Shown here one piece after another: positions 14,201 through 27,089 of a stretch of 64,000 bases of DNA (within the stretch, counting starts at the first letter, position 1; each line of letters begins with the position of its first letter). The stretch covers positions 3,361,183 to 3,425,182 of the forward strand of contig NW_002060948.1 in NCBI RefSeq assembly GCF_000150275.1, given 5' to 3'. The notes below the pieces were generated by a model. It saw only the letters and a list, made by a program, of their open reading frames with translations. It was not told where the DNA came from and did not search any database. Both the position numbers and the translations under genes were made by a program. The stretch is from Trichoplax adhaerens (Eukaryota > Animalia > Placozoa).

Positions 14201-15200
14201 TGTGTTCTAAATAGTAAAAGGTCCTTGTATGAGTTAGTTTATTTTATACATGTCATCAACCGTTAAGCTGCAACTTCCGACTACATACCTTCTTCCTGCG
14301 GAAGCAACTGCAACGTCAATGTTTTGTATCGGTTTATTAGAGCTAATTTTAGAATTCTATTAAACCAAGAATTCATCCGCAATATGTAAATTGTTACAAA
14401 TCTAGGATGTGAAATAAATTTTGAAATATCCAGTACATATTTACTAAATATTTACGGAATTAACAAAGGTTACAGCAATTTTAACATGACCTCATTGTAT
14501 GACGGCAGAGTTGAGCACGGACGACGATATATTTAATTATTAGCTGGTATTTCTTGTTCATATTACTGTTGACAATTTGCAAATACACCTACAGTATAAT
14601 AATAATTAGCTAAAGGCCGCAGTCATAGAATAACACAAAGCTATTAGCAACACACGATTAAATCCTTTATTTTTTAATGCAAAGATACAGCCATAGCATG
14701 CTGTTATCTAATTAACAGGCTACTTTGCTTTCGGATGATTGCAATGCGTGTATAAAATGGATATCGATAGATCGAATTTGAAGATCGAATGGTAAATCCA
14801 TTGGATAGTAGCCTACTGCATAATTATTTTATTGAATGAAATAGTTTTGTCCCTAACTTAAAGTGTCAGCAATTTAATCAATGGAAACCAAGATGTCCAA
14901 TATTGAATCGAAATAGATTAACAGCGAGCAGATTCTACGTGTCGAGGTATATATGACAAAAAGTAGATCATTTAATTATTCAAAGAACGGATCTTTTATT
15001 ACAAGCAGTATTGAAGAATAGAATTTTTGAGTCCTCTTTGAAATAGTATGCAGCGGATCGACTTCAAGCTTCTACTATACAAGCGATTGCATAGCTATAG
15101 ATTAAGAAATCATTGTATTAGTATTGTTTAGTTTAGTACCCATGGATATCATTTGTGTCACGATCACTGGATACGAAGGAGGTTAAGGGTTCTCACAGGA
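11300..15200 (-). pseudogene. Probable heavily decayed LRR-containing GPCR (LGR/GRL101-like) relic
   Basis: Broken minus-strand frames give LRR-like fragments (YVLDISKFI and ILRMNSWFNRILKL at ~14340-14450; FKTLIRLVLIKVRWNN at ~12510-12555). Downstream are TM2/ECL1/TM3-like fragments (PVAD*LL; IWLCADFYMNKFY...LCGFG...LRIFVFAFINLDTVY at ~11310-11470). Many stops and frameshifts; pattern recognition only. Confidence 0.3.
13480..14170. repeat. Diverged tandem repeat, ~230 bp x 3
   Basis: tcgcta...taactaaa(a/t)ac(c/t)gata...ggaa(a)gg(a/g)aaa(a)g(g)ctt recurs at ~13517, ~13754 and ~13980. Confidence 0.85.
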
Positions 15201-15284
15201 AATACAAATACCCTTTTTATCATAGAAATAGGGACCTTTATTACTCTAAAGCACTAATATAGCTCAAACTTCCTGTATTAGTCA

Positions 15285-16100
15285 CAATTGATTAAATTTA
15301 GTTAAGAAGTAATTGTTAGTGTGTTCTGCTGTACAAGTGATTGTATGGCTATGGATTCAGAAATCATTTTATTGAAAGGGAAGTGCATTTCATAGTAGAA
15401 AATGAGTAGATATTCTCCATGTATTATTTAATCTAGTACTAATGCATGTCGCTTGTATACTTTCATTTGCTCCTGATTAAATTTTAGTTTAGAAATAATC
15501 ATTACTGTGTTTTATTGTACAAGTGATTGTATGGCTATGGATTAAGAAATTGTTTTATTGAAAGGAAAATGCATTTTTACAGTAGTAAAATGATTGAATA
15601 TTCTCTTCTAGCAAGTGATTCCTAGTACTTTTAGTATAATATTAATAGACATCGCTTGTATACCTTCATTTGCTCTCTGACTAAATCTTTATTAAGAAAT
15701 AATTGTTAGCGTGTTTCTACTGTACCAGTATTTGTATGGCTATGGATTCAGAAATTATTTTATTGAAAAGGAAGTGCATATTTTTACAGCAGTAAAATGA
15801 TTGTATATCCTCCAAGTATTATTTAGCTCAATATCAACGGACGTCGTTTGTATACTTTCATTTGCTCTCAGACTAAATTTTAGTTAAGAAATAATCGTTA
15901 ATGTGTTCCTACTGTGCAAATAATTGTATAGCTATGGATTAAAAAATCATTTAATTGAAATAAAAGTGCATATTTTCACAGCAGTAAATTGAGTAGATAT
16001 CCTCCTAGTATTATTTAGTCAAATATCAATAGACATCATTTATATGCTTTTATTTGCTCTCTGAATAAAGCTTAGTTACGAAATAAATCGTCAGTGTATT
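15285..16100. repeat. Diverged tandem repeat, ~190 bp x 4
   Basis: tgtat(g/a)gctatggatt(c/a)a(g/a)aa...ttattgaaa...tgcat...tttcatttgctc recurs at ~15342, ~15529, ~15733 and ~15925. Confidence 0.92.
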
Positions 16101-16794
16101 CATGATAAAGAGTTAGTTTGTATCGATATTTTAAAGTATCCTATTTAGCTTCCTGTATAATTTTATTAGCAATACAATTGTATAAATAAACAATAAGTAA
16201 ATGAGAAAAGGATGGAATCAGATGCTACACCTGCAAATAGAAGATTGCCTATGTCAATATAATTGGCTCATAATGGTTTAGTATTAATCATAATTACTCC
16301 TTTCAGCCTTTGAACCAGTCGGTTCCATTGTAATTCCTTTTATGTAGAACTTTTCCATCATGGAGATTGCTTGTTCAGTCCTGCTAGAAAATATTGGTAT
16401 AGGTGGTTACAGGGGAGCAGCTTTTTCTTTGTTATCGCTAAGTTAATCGTTTTCACCAACAAACTCATGTTGAATACCTTAAATTACTATTCAATAAAAC
16501 AGAATCAAAATTTTTCTATTATTGTTCATTTCGAAAGAAATTTCATCATTTACATTGGTATTTTCTTTCTATAAATACTTGAAATGTCATATGCTAAGTA
16601 GAATAAATAGACCGCCATTCAATTAAATCCAATACTGTACTCAGTACCAGCAATTCTTAATTTTGGCTTTTATTTTTTTCTGAAACATTTTTCTTGTTTT
16701 GAATCTTCCTTATCCTGTATCTGTATAATATTATTTACAGTCTAAGCATTATCCCGATAGCAGATCGCTCGCTATAGGTAAAACCAGTATTTGT

Positions 16795-17215
16795 AGTCAA
16801 TATCAATTTGACTAGTCTAACAGCTCTAGCACTAATCTCTTATTGAATCTCAATTTACTATTATCCAAGTAATACATTATCAATTCTTAACAAATTTTAT
16901 TCGTCGATTCAGCTCTTTTGATTCTTTATTGAAGAAGTGGCCGTTGTAAGAAAATCAGAGAAGACTGTAAGTAATTCAGTTGATTTATGTGTAAAACTAC
17001 TATACATGTACGCTGTCGATATCAACTTTCCTAGCCTAGAAGATCTAGTATAAATTTCTGCATTGAATCATAATCTGTTATAATCCAGTTGTAGATTATC
17101 CATTCTTAACAAAATTTTTCTTAATTAATGTGGTTCCTTCAAACTTTAATTGCATAAGAGTTATTCTTTCTGCGCCAATCGTGGTAGATTGTAAGTAACA
17201 GTAGTGATTTAGGAT
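16795..17215. repeat. Diverged tandem duplication, ~220 bp x 2
   Basis: atatcaa..t..ctag.cta, attatc(a/c)attcttaacaaa and ga(c/t)tgtaagtaa each occur twice, about 220 nt apart. Confidence 0.7.
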
Positions 17216-17509
17216 TTAATAATGTCCAATTTACATATGCCGCTACAACGTGTATATTAAAAGTGCTCGACTATTGATAGCTATTATTGTGGTGCTGGTA
17301 AAGGTTAATTTTAATTTCTTGATTTTAGATTTATATTGTGACAGACAACAGCAGATAGAGCACTAATAAAATATATCGAAAGCATGATTAAAGACCAGGG
17401 TCCAATTTTTGAATACTAATAAACGCCAATCCTATTTTCATCAGTACCATATCACTTACTCTAAATGTGACCTATGGTTATATTGCTTAGTATATACGAT
17501 GGTAAAAAT

Positions 17510-18340
17510 AAAACTGATGGCTTGGATCTTTTCCTTACGTACCAATGTTATAATTCGTTGACTAAATTATATTAGGTTTTTGTCGTCAATATACTATTAG
17601 ATACTGTATATCCGTACTGCTATATCATTGGTAGTATCCATCTACCAAGAACTAGGTTAAAACCTACCGTAAAATATAAATATTGAGCAAAAATCGCTAG
17701 ATATACCTTTAAATACCTTTCATGATCAAGTAATCCTACTGTACAATCTGTCTTTTAAACACTCACAATTTCTAACTATAGAGTTTTTTCTCTATGATCC
17801 TAGCATAGCTGTACATACGGAGAGAAAAATAATTCCGATGCCTTGAATTTATTCCTTACTTACGAATGATTTCAATTCGTTGACTAAATTATGTCAAGTT
17901 TCTATCCGGTTTATACTATCAGATACTATATACTCGCAATGATATACCGTTGGTAGTAACCATCAACCAATAACAAGGTTAAAACCTGCTATGAAATACT
18001 AACATTAAGCAAAAAATCGCTCGATATATACTTCGATGTCTTCTTTAATGTAGAAACCCTACGCTATAATTCGTCTTCCTAACACTTAAAAATTTTTAAC
18101 CATATAAGTTCTCCTCTATGGTCCTAACATACGAGTAAGTTGTACATAAGACGGGAAAAAATAAATCCAATGCCATAGATCGATTCCTTACGCACTATTA
18201 TTATAAATTCGTTGACTAAATTATATCAAGTTTCTGTCCTATATGTACCATCAGATATTGTATGCATCAGTAACAAGGTTAAAATCTGCGGTCAATTATT
18301 AATATTAAGCAAAAATATCGCTAGACATACTTTTAAATGT
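17510..18340. repeat. Diverged tandem repeat, ~325 bp x 2.5
   Basis: aattcgttgactaaattat occurs at ~17552, ~17874 and ~18206. aggttaaaa(c/t)ct...aat/catt(g/a)agcaaaaa recurs after each copy. Confidence 0.9.
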
Positions 18341-18399
18341 TGTCTTACACGTGCTAAGAATAACAGTATTAATGAAGATGTACATAACAGTTATTCTGT

Positions 18400-21300
18400 G
18401 GTTTATCCTAAAAGCTTATGTTTATTTTCATTTTTACTTTTGCAATATTATACCTACGCTAAAGATCTTGTAATTATGACGGTGAGAAGTGCAATGATTA
18501 TATTATATTTAGTACCTTCATTAAGGCCGAAACCCTTTTCAATTTACATGGAATTTATTATTTTTGTATCAGCGAATAGATTGATATTAAAAACGATCTC
18601 TAGTATGTCCATTGCTCTTTATGTATTTAAAATTTTTGAAAAATTTTAATAGCAAGGGCTTCTAAGGAAGGCAGAATATGATATCAATAGTAAATCATAC
18701 TGTCAACTGAATAATATTGTGCAAGTTAGAAAACCCATAATTAATTCAAGAGTATCCTATTAGAGATTGGTTGTGTTTAAAAAAATCTCAGTTTCATAAT
18801 GTTTAGTTTATTGTCAAAAAAATAATGTCTGATAAATTTAGCAAAGCGAACACATTCCTTCGTCGACGTCGATAGCAATGAAATCAAAAAGTTGGCTCCA
18901 TTCTTATAAGAAAATTGGGACATTAGTCTAATTATTGTTTGTACTTCAATACCTTATTTTCTCTATCGAATCCACTTGCCATCTGTTGACTTGTAATATC
19001 TATTATCGGCATTTTTAATTTCGTGTGTTGGTAGGCAGTAATAGCACACTATAGATATTATCATATGGGCTTAATAATTTCTGAGCTAAGCTCACGGTCT
19101 AACTATCCTATTTTATAATCTTTCCATCATTAATTACAAGTTTAGGCAACACAAGGCACATGCTTACTGCTAGTGAGAGCAACCGTATTATATTACGGTA
19201 GAATATAAAAGTGGGATAAATCATTTCATTTCGATCATTTATAGCCATAATGCCAGTAAATTTTGCCCTTACATACGAGTTGTATATCTTTATTATTATA
19301 CAGATATTAGCGGAGACTCTCAATTCAGATCGATTTATCCTTAAACATTATCTGTAATATCAAGTTCCTTTTAATAGGGCGTACAGTTAGATGCCTTTTA
19401 TTTTCAATAGTACCATAGAGCTTTATATTCTTAACCGAATGGAAAACACCATCTTGCTACTATAAATTACTGGTAGACAAATCCTATATGTCGTAACAAG
19501 CAAAATACCGTTTATGATTATCGAGAGCACGATATAGGCTCATTTGGGATTTATTCCCGCCATTATTTGGTCTAAATATTGATTTGAATTTTACCATCTA
19601 AATTGTCTAAGGTATACGATTGTCGTCTATCATTATCAATTACAACTATTCCCTAGACAGGAAGCGTCTATTGACATCAGGCATTATTTACCACAACAAC
19701 TATCTGCAGTGCGAACCATCGTTATAAAAATTCAACTTTGATCATCGCCATAATTTTTTGTAGAAAGAAACCCTTATGACGTGGTAAGGATGTTGTCCCA
19801 AACTATCATATCGTGTTAATTGTTGGCTAAAGAAGGAAATGTGAATTCTACAGTATCGTAATTTTCTATAGGACAAGTAATTTCTGTATAACAATATAGT
19901 TCGTAAGATTGTCCTCTCAATGTACTAAAGTATCACATAAAGCAGAAAAAAGCATGATAAACTCTCATTTTACAGTTTTTTTATCGCTTATACTCAACAT
20001 TTTCTGATGTTCAGCTCTTAATTTCCTCTCAATCAGTACTATCAAGATTAATCAACACTTTAACCATGTTAAAAGATGTTAATCTTTTCTTATTCAAGGA
20101 TTTGTATACTCATGCAGTTAAAGTGAAATCGCAGTTGTGCCAATTTGATTATATATTACGCCTTCTTTAGGATTTCGGCTGTAATAATGTCAGATCAAAT
20201 ATCAGAGTAGTAGAAATAATTTATCAATTACATACTTTACCCTGTTAAGCTATTTAATTCTTTTATTTCGACTTCGTCTCTTAAAATGGAATAGTATCAC
20301 TTTAATACATCTCCCGTTGGGATCATATCCGATATTCTGCACTTGATTATTCAATCAATAGAAAAAAAAAGTGATCGCTTACATTGTTGAATACTGCCAA
20401 GCCTTTTCACCTCTTTTTGAAATAGAAATCTTGAATTACCAATCATATGCATTGCAATAGCAGTGGTCTCGAATTTTAACGCAAATCTTATTTGTCTAGA
20501 CAAAATTGATACCTATTGTTTTTCAAAAGATGTGATGTGAAGATTTTCATTACTCTTACAAGATCTATCATTGATTAGACCAAGGTCTCAATAGAATCTA
20601 ATTTTAAATGGATTACGTAACAATAAAGGCCTTGTGGCATTTTATCTGGTCGAATTTCAATGTAACTTTCATTGTAGACTCTTTAGTAAATTTCCAATTA
20701 TAGAGATACGTATATATTGAGCTGTAGGGTCGTATAATAAATTAGTTCAGTTGATTATAACTCCAAGCTATAAGATGGTAGCTCGAGACAAATGATGCCA
20801 AAGATTTATAACAAGATTTTCGGGCTTAAAAAATGTAATTTATTCCTGTAATAAATGTTGAGTTTATCATGTATATTCTCCTATTCTTTATTAATATTTA
20901 TATTTTATATTTGAGATAAAGATAAGTCTTTTTGGGTGATAATTTATAATCAGTTGTTGATAAATGGAAATCATTATTAATATTCCTTGAAATACAACAG
21001 TAAGACGCAATATTGACTCATATTAGTCATGTTTACGATGTACATAGAAATTCTTAAAGTAGGACAAAATTGATTAGTTACAGTTTAAAATTCAGCCACC
21101 GATTTTTTCTTTTGATAATCAAAATAAAGCTTTAATTAATTTTTGCTTGCCTAAGCAGCAAGAATCGCACCTCCAATGCAATATACCAATGATAAGAACT
21201 ATTTAAACAGTAATGCGATATCTTTTCTAATTGTATCATGTTAACGACAGATTTGGTGCTGCAGAAATTGTTTCCTTTTGCTTTTTAGATCATATGCAGT

Positions 21301-22200
21301 ATCAATTTTTGATTTGCTTTTATATGTAATTTTATTCCAGCGGTTTTCCATTCCAAAGTATTTCATTTACGGGTATAAGCTTCCGTCAGCAGCTGAAAAA
21401 GTTGAGATCCTATCTATTCTATGTTGTGCTATTTGTTGTTTTAAATTAATGGAATAATGGTCATAGACTCATGCGTTAAGATATCGGTTATCATTAGCTT
21501 TCAAATTGAATATCCTGAATTTTATACCATTGCAAGATCTTGCTTACTTCACTTCACTTCAATTTGATCAATTTGCTAGAAATTAGCAAAACACTATCTT
21601 ATCTCACAGTAAGAATAACCGAAGTACTTATAACTAGAGTATTACTTAACTAGTTAATACTAAAGAAATCTTAAAATTTACGCGGTACTACAACCATATT
21701 CGTATAAATATGCTAAATTAAACACACTATAACTACAAGATGCTATAATGAAGATATCGTTCATTAGCTGGTTATAGCTGAATATTTTTCACCCGGGTTG
21801 CTAGATTGTTATCCTTTGTTAAAATGATGAGAAATTTTAATAGTTCTAGTAGTAACAGCTGGATGTAATGGAGGAGTTGCAATGACAATAACCTTTACAT
21901 ATTTACAATCTATTATAATGTATTCATTCTTATGCAAAAACCACAATGTATCTCAAAATCAGTGCATAAACTAAGAATTCCGTTTGTTAATTTTATTAAT
22001 ACGTTAGTAGTCTTTTATACTGTGCAGCTAATCTTTGCAGAGCATTTGATATTAATGCAAAATATAAAAACACGTTAAGCTAATAATTGAGACGGATTCT
22101 CATTATAACTTACTGTTACAATTTTGCTTCAGTTTGAGTATTGTTTTGACTTGCAGTAGTTAATACTACAAGGAAAATAGTTTCAGCTTCGACCAGCGAT
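18400..22200 (+). pseudogene. Probable decayed leucine-rich-repeat gene (possibly LRR-GPCR)
   Basis: Plus-strand fragments fit LxxLxLxxNxI: SFVDVDSNEIKKLAP (18856-18900), QIDLSLNIICNI (19326-19361), IEILKVGQN* (21044-21070), YLNSNAISFL (21200-21229). A hydrophobic TM1-like stretch EILIVLVVTAGCNGGVAMTITF follows at ~21830-21900. Frames are broken by stops and indels. Confidence 0.4.
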
Positions 22201-23903
22201 GATCAGCTTCTTTGAATGATCTATAGTAGTGATACCAAAGTTCTGAAATGAATTTATTATGAATAGTTATTAGCTAATAGATTTAAAAGTAATTATTATT
22301 TTCTTATGTACAAGATAAACTACTTCATTGCTATGTAATAACAATTTAATATACTGTATAATCTAGTCATAGACAGTAATTTACTGTCCCGCTTATTGCA
22401 TATTGAGTAACAATATAATTCAATTCCAAAAGAATACTACCTGTAATAAGGGAATAATTGTAGTTTTGAATACTATATGTAACAGAGAATATTCGTGGTT
22501 TCATACTTTAAGTTTGATCTTGATATGATAAACTGCAGAAAGTTTTTCTGAGTCAATCAATCTCTTTTTTTGTACAAATTACAGTATATACTCTTTATCT
22601 TGATACATAGTATAGAAAACTTTATCCATAAATATTCCTAGATTGTCTAATTAAAGGTTTATACTAAGCATAATAGCCGATATTGTTAATATTCCATTTA
22701 TTTACTAAACGATATAAATCAAATCTATATCATTCGGAGAGCATTATTATATTGCATATGATGACAACAATGCTTTTTAAAATATTAGAGTCTAAGATCG
22801 TTGGGGATTATTTCAGCTTTATCCTAAAGTATATATCGTAGAGCTCTACAAAAGAGTTTAAACTTATCTTATCATCACCTTACAAATACTTTGTTATCGT
22901 TAAATTTTATTTTATGTCTCATAATCATATTTCATCATTACAGACATTAAAGATTAAATTACGAATCTTAAACTACATACTAAAAAAAATAATTGATCTA
23001 GAAATCTTTATGTATTTATAAATGATTTTTACCGCAATTATCTATTAAAATGATATCCCTATCATGTTTCACTCACTGGAAATACTTATAATGCTCTAGA
23101 TTAATAAGTATTACTGATTAATAACAAGTTAATACATGTAATATTTTAAATTAACAGACATTAGTAATTGTAAACTCGATATTCCACGAAAATTAATGAC
23201 ATTATATAGTAGTCAGCACATAATTTTATGCTAAATTATGACTTGAAACTTATTTAACAAACACTAGAATTAAGGATATTATATGAAACTTAGTATATGA
23301 ATGTTGGACGAGGCAAGACTTAAGATTTACGAAAACAAATGCTTTATTATTAATGATATTATTTAATAATTAGAACGTTAAACTAGACCATGGCCTGAGA
23401 TTTATGAAATTAAGTACACTCACTAGAATTGTTTATATTTTAGTGATAGAATGATAAATGCTCCTTATACCCAGCCCTATCATATGATAAATAATGCATA
23501 TTTTTTTGTAAAAGAATTTATCGTAAATAACATTTCTAACTGTTATGCGGTATCAACGCCTAACATTACGAGCGTCTCTAGTCGTTATCTAAGTCGTCAG
23601 AAATATACAAAGTTTATAAAATGAATTAATGATACGCACACCTTCCCTTTTCTATACATAATTATTATTTTATTATTAAAATTGTTAATATATCTGTTCT
23701 ATGACCTTCACTTGATATAAATCTGAAATAAGTTGTATTGTTTCTCATAATTAATTAGCTTTTTCTAATAGCTACCATCCAATCATTGAATTATTACGCC
23801 ACATTTTAATTCATTGCTCTTCCATATTCTTTAATTTGTATATAGTGCAAGGTCAAAGATAAGCAGCCACACTTTAATTTTATCTACTTGGAAGCTAAGA
23901 TCA

Positions 23904-24986
23904 ATGGCGTCGATCAATAACCATACAAATAACGTCTCAGGTTACGATTTCAACAATACGACCACTCCTTCCTTCGAAATTTTACCTTATTTTTTCGATT
24001 TTGTATGGCTAGCGCTAGTAATATTCATACTTATCCCCAACTTGTACTTATTTCTGTTGATTATTGGTAAACGACGTCTTCGTACTCGATCAAATGCATT
24101 AATTGCTAGCTTAGCTTTAGTTGATATGTCGTATGCACTATTTTTTATCTTACCAATGTCTGTATTATTAATTATGCATCACCATAGCGGACAACATTGG
24201 ACTCGGTTAAATAGTATACTTTGTCAGTCTGCATATAGTATTATTCGGCCAATTTTAGATTTTAATATTAATTTACACATCTGTTTTATTAGTTTAGAGC
24301 AATTTATTGCTATTGGATATCCTTTCAAATATCGATCGTACATTAATAATAATTTAACCTTTGTTTTCACTATCATAATAATTTATACTACTTCTATTAT
24401 ACTTGGAGCTATGCCGTTTATTGCTACTTGGTACGATTTTGACTTTCCGGGCTGTACCATACAACTAAATGCGTTTTCCATCTTGATTGCTGGGGCTTAC
24501 TTTCAAGCTTGGAATATAACTTGTTTGGTTGTACTTTTTCCTCTACCATTTTTAACAATTACCATGTTTTATACTAAAATCTATAGTATCGCAAATCAAC
24601 ATTTTCGTCGTACTATACCTAACGCGTTTAATATGAGACCATCAGTCAACTATCGCGTTGCAGTTAATAAAAAGGCTGCTAAAGCGATAGCAGTCCTATT
24701 GGCAGATATTATCATTTTAAGACTACCTTATGTTACTGTTTTAATTATTATTTATTCAGGCTTAGCTACTGTTGGAAATGCTACAATTTTTGTTACTGCT
24801 TTAATGATCACTCAAATTATGGGTGCATTTACTTCTGTGGTCAATCCTTTTCTTTATTCATATTATAATAAGGATTTGCGAAGATCATTTTATAAAAGGC
24901 GTTACTGTATTTTTTATCAAGCAGTTCAGGTAATGGCATCAGCTAGTTCAACGACACGAATTTCAAGAATACTGCAACGACGTTGA
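23904..24986 (+). CDS. Intronless class A (rhodopsin-like) orphan GPCR, 360 aa
   Basis: Seven hydrophobic segments, N-terminal N-glycosylation sequons, TM2 SLALVD, TM3 Cys and ISLEQFIAIGYPFKY, TM5 FPLPFLTITMFYTKIY, ICL3 KKAAK, TM7 VNPFLY and helix 8. Confidence 0.95.
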   Translation: MASINNHTNNVSGYDFNNTTTPSFEILPYFFDFVWLALVIFILIPNLYLFLLIIGKRRLRTRSNALIASLALVDMSYALFFILPMSVLLIMHHHSGQHWTRLNSILCQSAYSIIRPILDFNINLHICFISLEQFIAIGYPFKYRSYINNNLTFVFTIIIIYTTSIILGAMPFIATWYDFDFPGCTIQLNAFSILIAGAYFQAWNITCLVVLFPLPFLTITMFYTKIYSIANQHFRRTIPNAFNMRPSVNYRVAVNKKAAKAIAVLLADIIILRLPYVTVLIIIYSGLATVGNATIFVTALMITQIMGAFTSVVNPFLYSYYNKDLRRSFYKRRYCIFYQAVQVMASASSTTRISRILQRR

Positions 24987-26622
24987 TGGCAATCCTAATT
25001 TTTAACTCTCAAGTTTTATGCTTATTCAAGTTATGTAATTAAAAAATTAGAAATGCTGTAATGAAATATGGAATGGTACTGTATATAAATAAATTAGATG
25101 AAATGTAATAGTAATATACGAGTATATCGCTATATAAGATACGATGTTATCTAGATGGAAATTGTGATCATTTTTTGTATTATTTTAATTGCCAAAGCTG
25201 GATATTGTACATGATTTATTTATTTTAAGGCAATCTTCGTAGTTGATCATAATTGCATCATTTAGTTGAGTATTTCTATACTGCACTGTATTATAAAAGT
25301 GCAAAACTGGCATCATGATTTTATTTTATGGGAAATAACGAATAAACTGCAATTGCCTACGTAGCCTTTGAAATGAATTTGGTGTTGTGAATATTTTGTG
25401 TACGCGTCTGCCACAAGAAAGGTTTCTCTTTCATTCTTTCTAGGCAGTTATTACCATTGAAAGATTCATTCGGTTACTCATTTTAGATTTGAGTTATTAC
25501 TATCGATGTCTAAGATACATTATAACGCAGTAGCATTTCATAGGAAAGCATTGGATTATTACTGTATACGAGAAACAACGATAACGTCCATTTTAGCCTC
25601 AGATCTTCTGTGTTGGTATATGTCGTCATACAAGCATTATTGAAATGGTTGTTAAGAAGCATTTTACTCATATGTATTCATGCGGCCTTGTCTAATATAT
25701 CATTCGATTGTAGTGCTTAAATTTATGTATAGATATTAATTATTATTAATAATTATGGCCTAACGTAATCTCAAGTATTACGTCATTTACATGGATTCCC
25801 AGAATTGATTATAAAGAGCACTGTAGGTGAAATGGAGGAAGATAAATATCTTTCCACGATGTCATAATTGGCAATATGACAAATGGTTGAATACTAGGTG
25901 CTAACTATAAAGACGTAATCATTCCACAGTAGTCTTCAATGCAACAGCCAATAAGTATCACATATATCATATATAACTTAAGCCATTGAATAAACGTGAA
26001 TATATTGCTTCAATGTCACTTGTGGCCTTTACTGACTAATCTGATAGATTAATTGTCTAAAATAAGATTTCAATATTGTTTGAAATACTGGCTTCGATAG
26101 TTGTCTGACTTACTACTCATCTCGTTGATCATTTTAAGCGTATGTTAAACTCAAAGTTATGGTTAGTCTTGTCAACTGTGAGCCACATTAAGGACAGGAA
26201 TTTTTAGCATAAAACAACATATTACTGCTTTTATTTTGTTCTCAGAAGATGATTAAAGTGTTTATAAGCTTGATAGCGGAAATTAATTTTGTTTTGATAA
26301 AATACTGTCAGCTCGTTCAGTATAGTAGTACAGTTGACATACGTCTCCATACTGATCGGTTATATAGTTCCAACCGCAGCAATTTGTAGATTAGCCTTAC
26401 ACATATTTAGAGAACTAGTAATAGAAACAATTACTTTTCACGTTATAATAGCGCAAGTAACTTGAGATATACAGTAAGACAAGATCGTCTAGCAGCTAGT
26501 CAAACAGGCAACAGATAGAAATGGAAAAAAGTTACAGCATATTGACAATGCTCTAATTGCAAGTAAGACCCACATTAGTTCAGTGATATCCAAGGATATG
26601 ACCACTAGGAATCTTTTCGACA

Positions 26623-26967
26623 TTACCAAGTTTCCATCTCTTTCAGCCATCCTTCCTCTTCTGGTGTTAACTTGAGTACATGAGGTGGTGGTGGTATATT
26701 TCTCTCATATCTTACACCTCCAGGACTATCAGGATGAACATAGGGATCGGGATGCTTGTAAAGGTTAAATTCTTTCATTGCTTCTTCATATAATTGGTTT
26801 GCCACCGTCATATTGGTTATATTTTTATTAGCATCGAAACGAGCTCGAATACAAACAGCTTCCCTTCTCCATTTATCTCGTTCAATAATCCATGATAGCG
26901 AATGTCTTAGGCATTGACGATAGAGTCTTGTTACACGCTGAGCGTGAGTAAGAGCAACTTCGGCCAT
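26623..26967 (-). CDS. NDUFB9: NADH dehydrogenase 1 beta subcomplex subunit 9 (B22, LYR family), single coding exon, 114 aa
   Basis: MAEVALTHAQRVTRLYRQCLR...IRARFDANKN...HPDPYVHPDSPGGVRYERNIPPP contains the LYR motif and the B22 HPxP...SPGG..Y.R signature. The ATG at 26967 is in AAAATGG context; the upstream ORF extension is non-homologous. Confidence 0.95.
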   Translation of the reverse strand: MAEVALTHAQRVTRLYRQCLRHSLSWIIERDKWRREAVCIRARFDANKNITNMTVANQLYEEAMKEFNLYKHPDPYVHPDSPGGVRYERNIPPPPHVLKLTPEEEGWLKEMETW

Positions 26968-27089
26968 TTTGATTGCTAACCCAAGGATTCTGGGCACTGG
27001 GCAAGCGCAATAACAAATATGGGGGAAAAGACGCAGCTTACCAAGCCATTTTTTCTCTCCACGCCATGATGATTTATACCTGCTATTCG

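Noticed and set aside
23904-24986. Opsin identity for the GPCR
   Set aside because: There is no Schiff-base Lys in TM7 (QIMGAFTSVVNPFLY).
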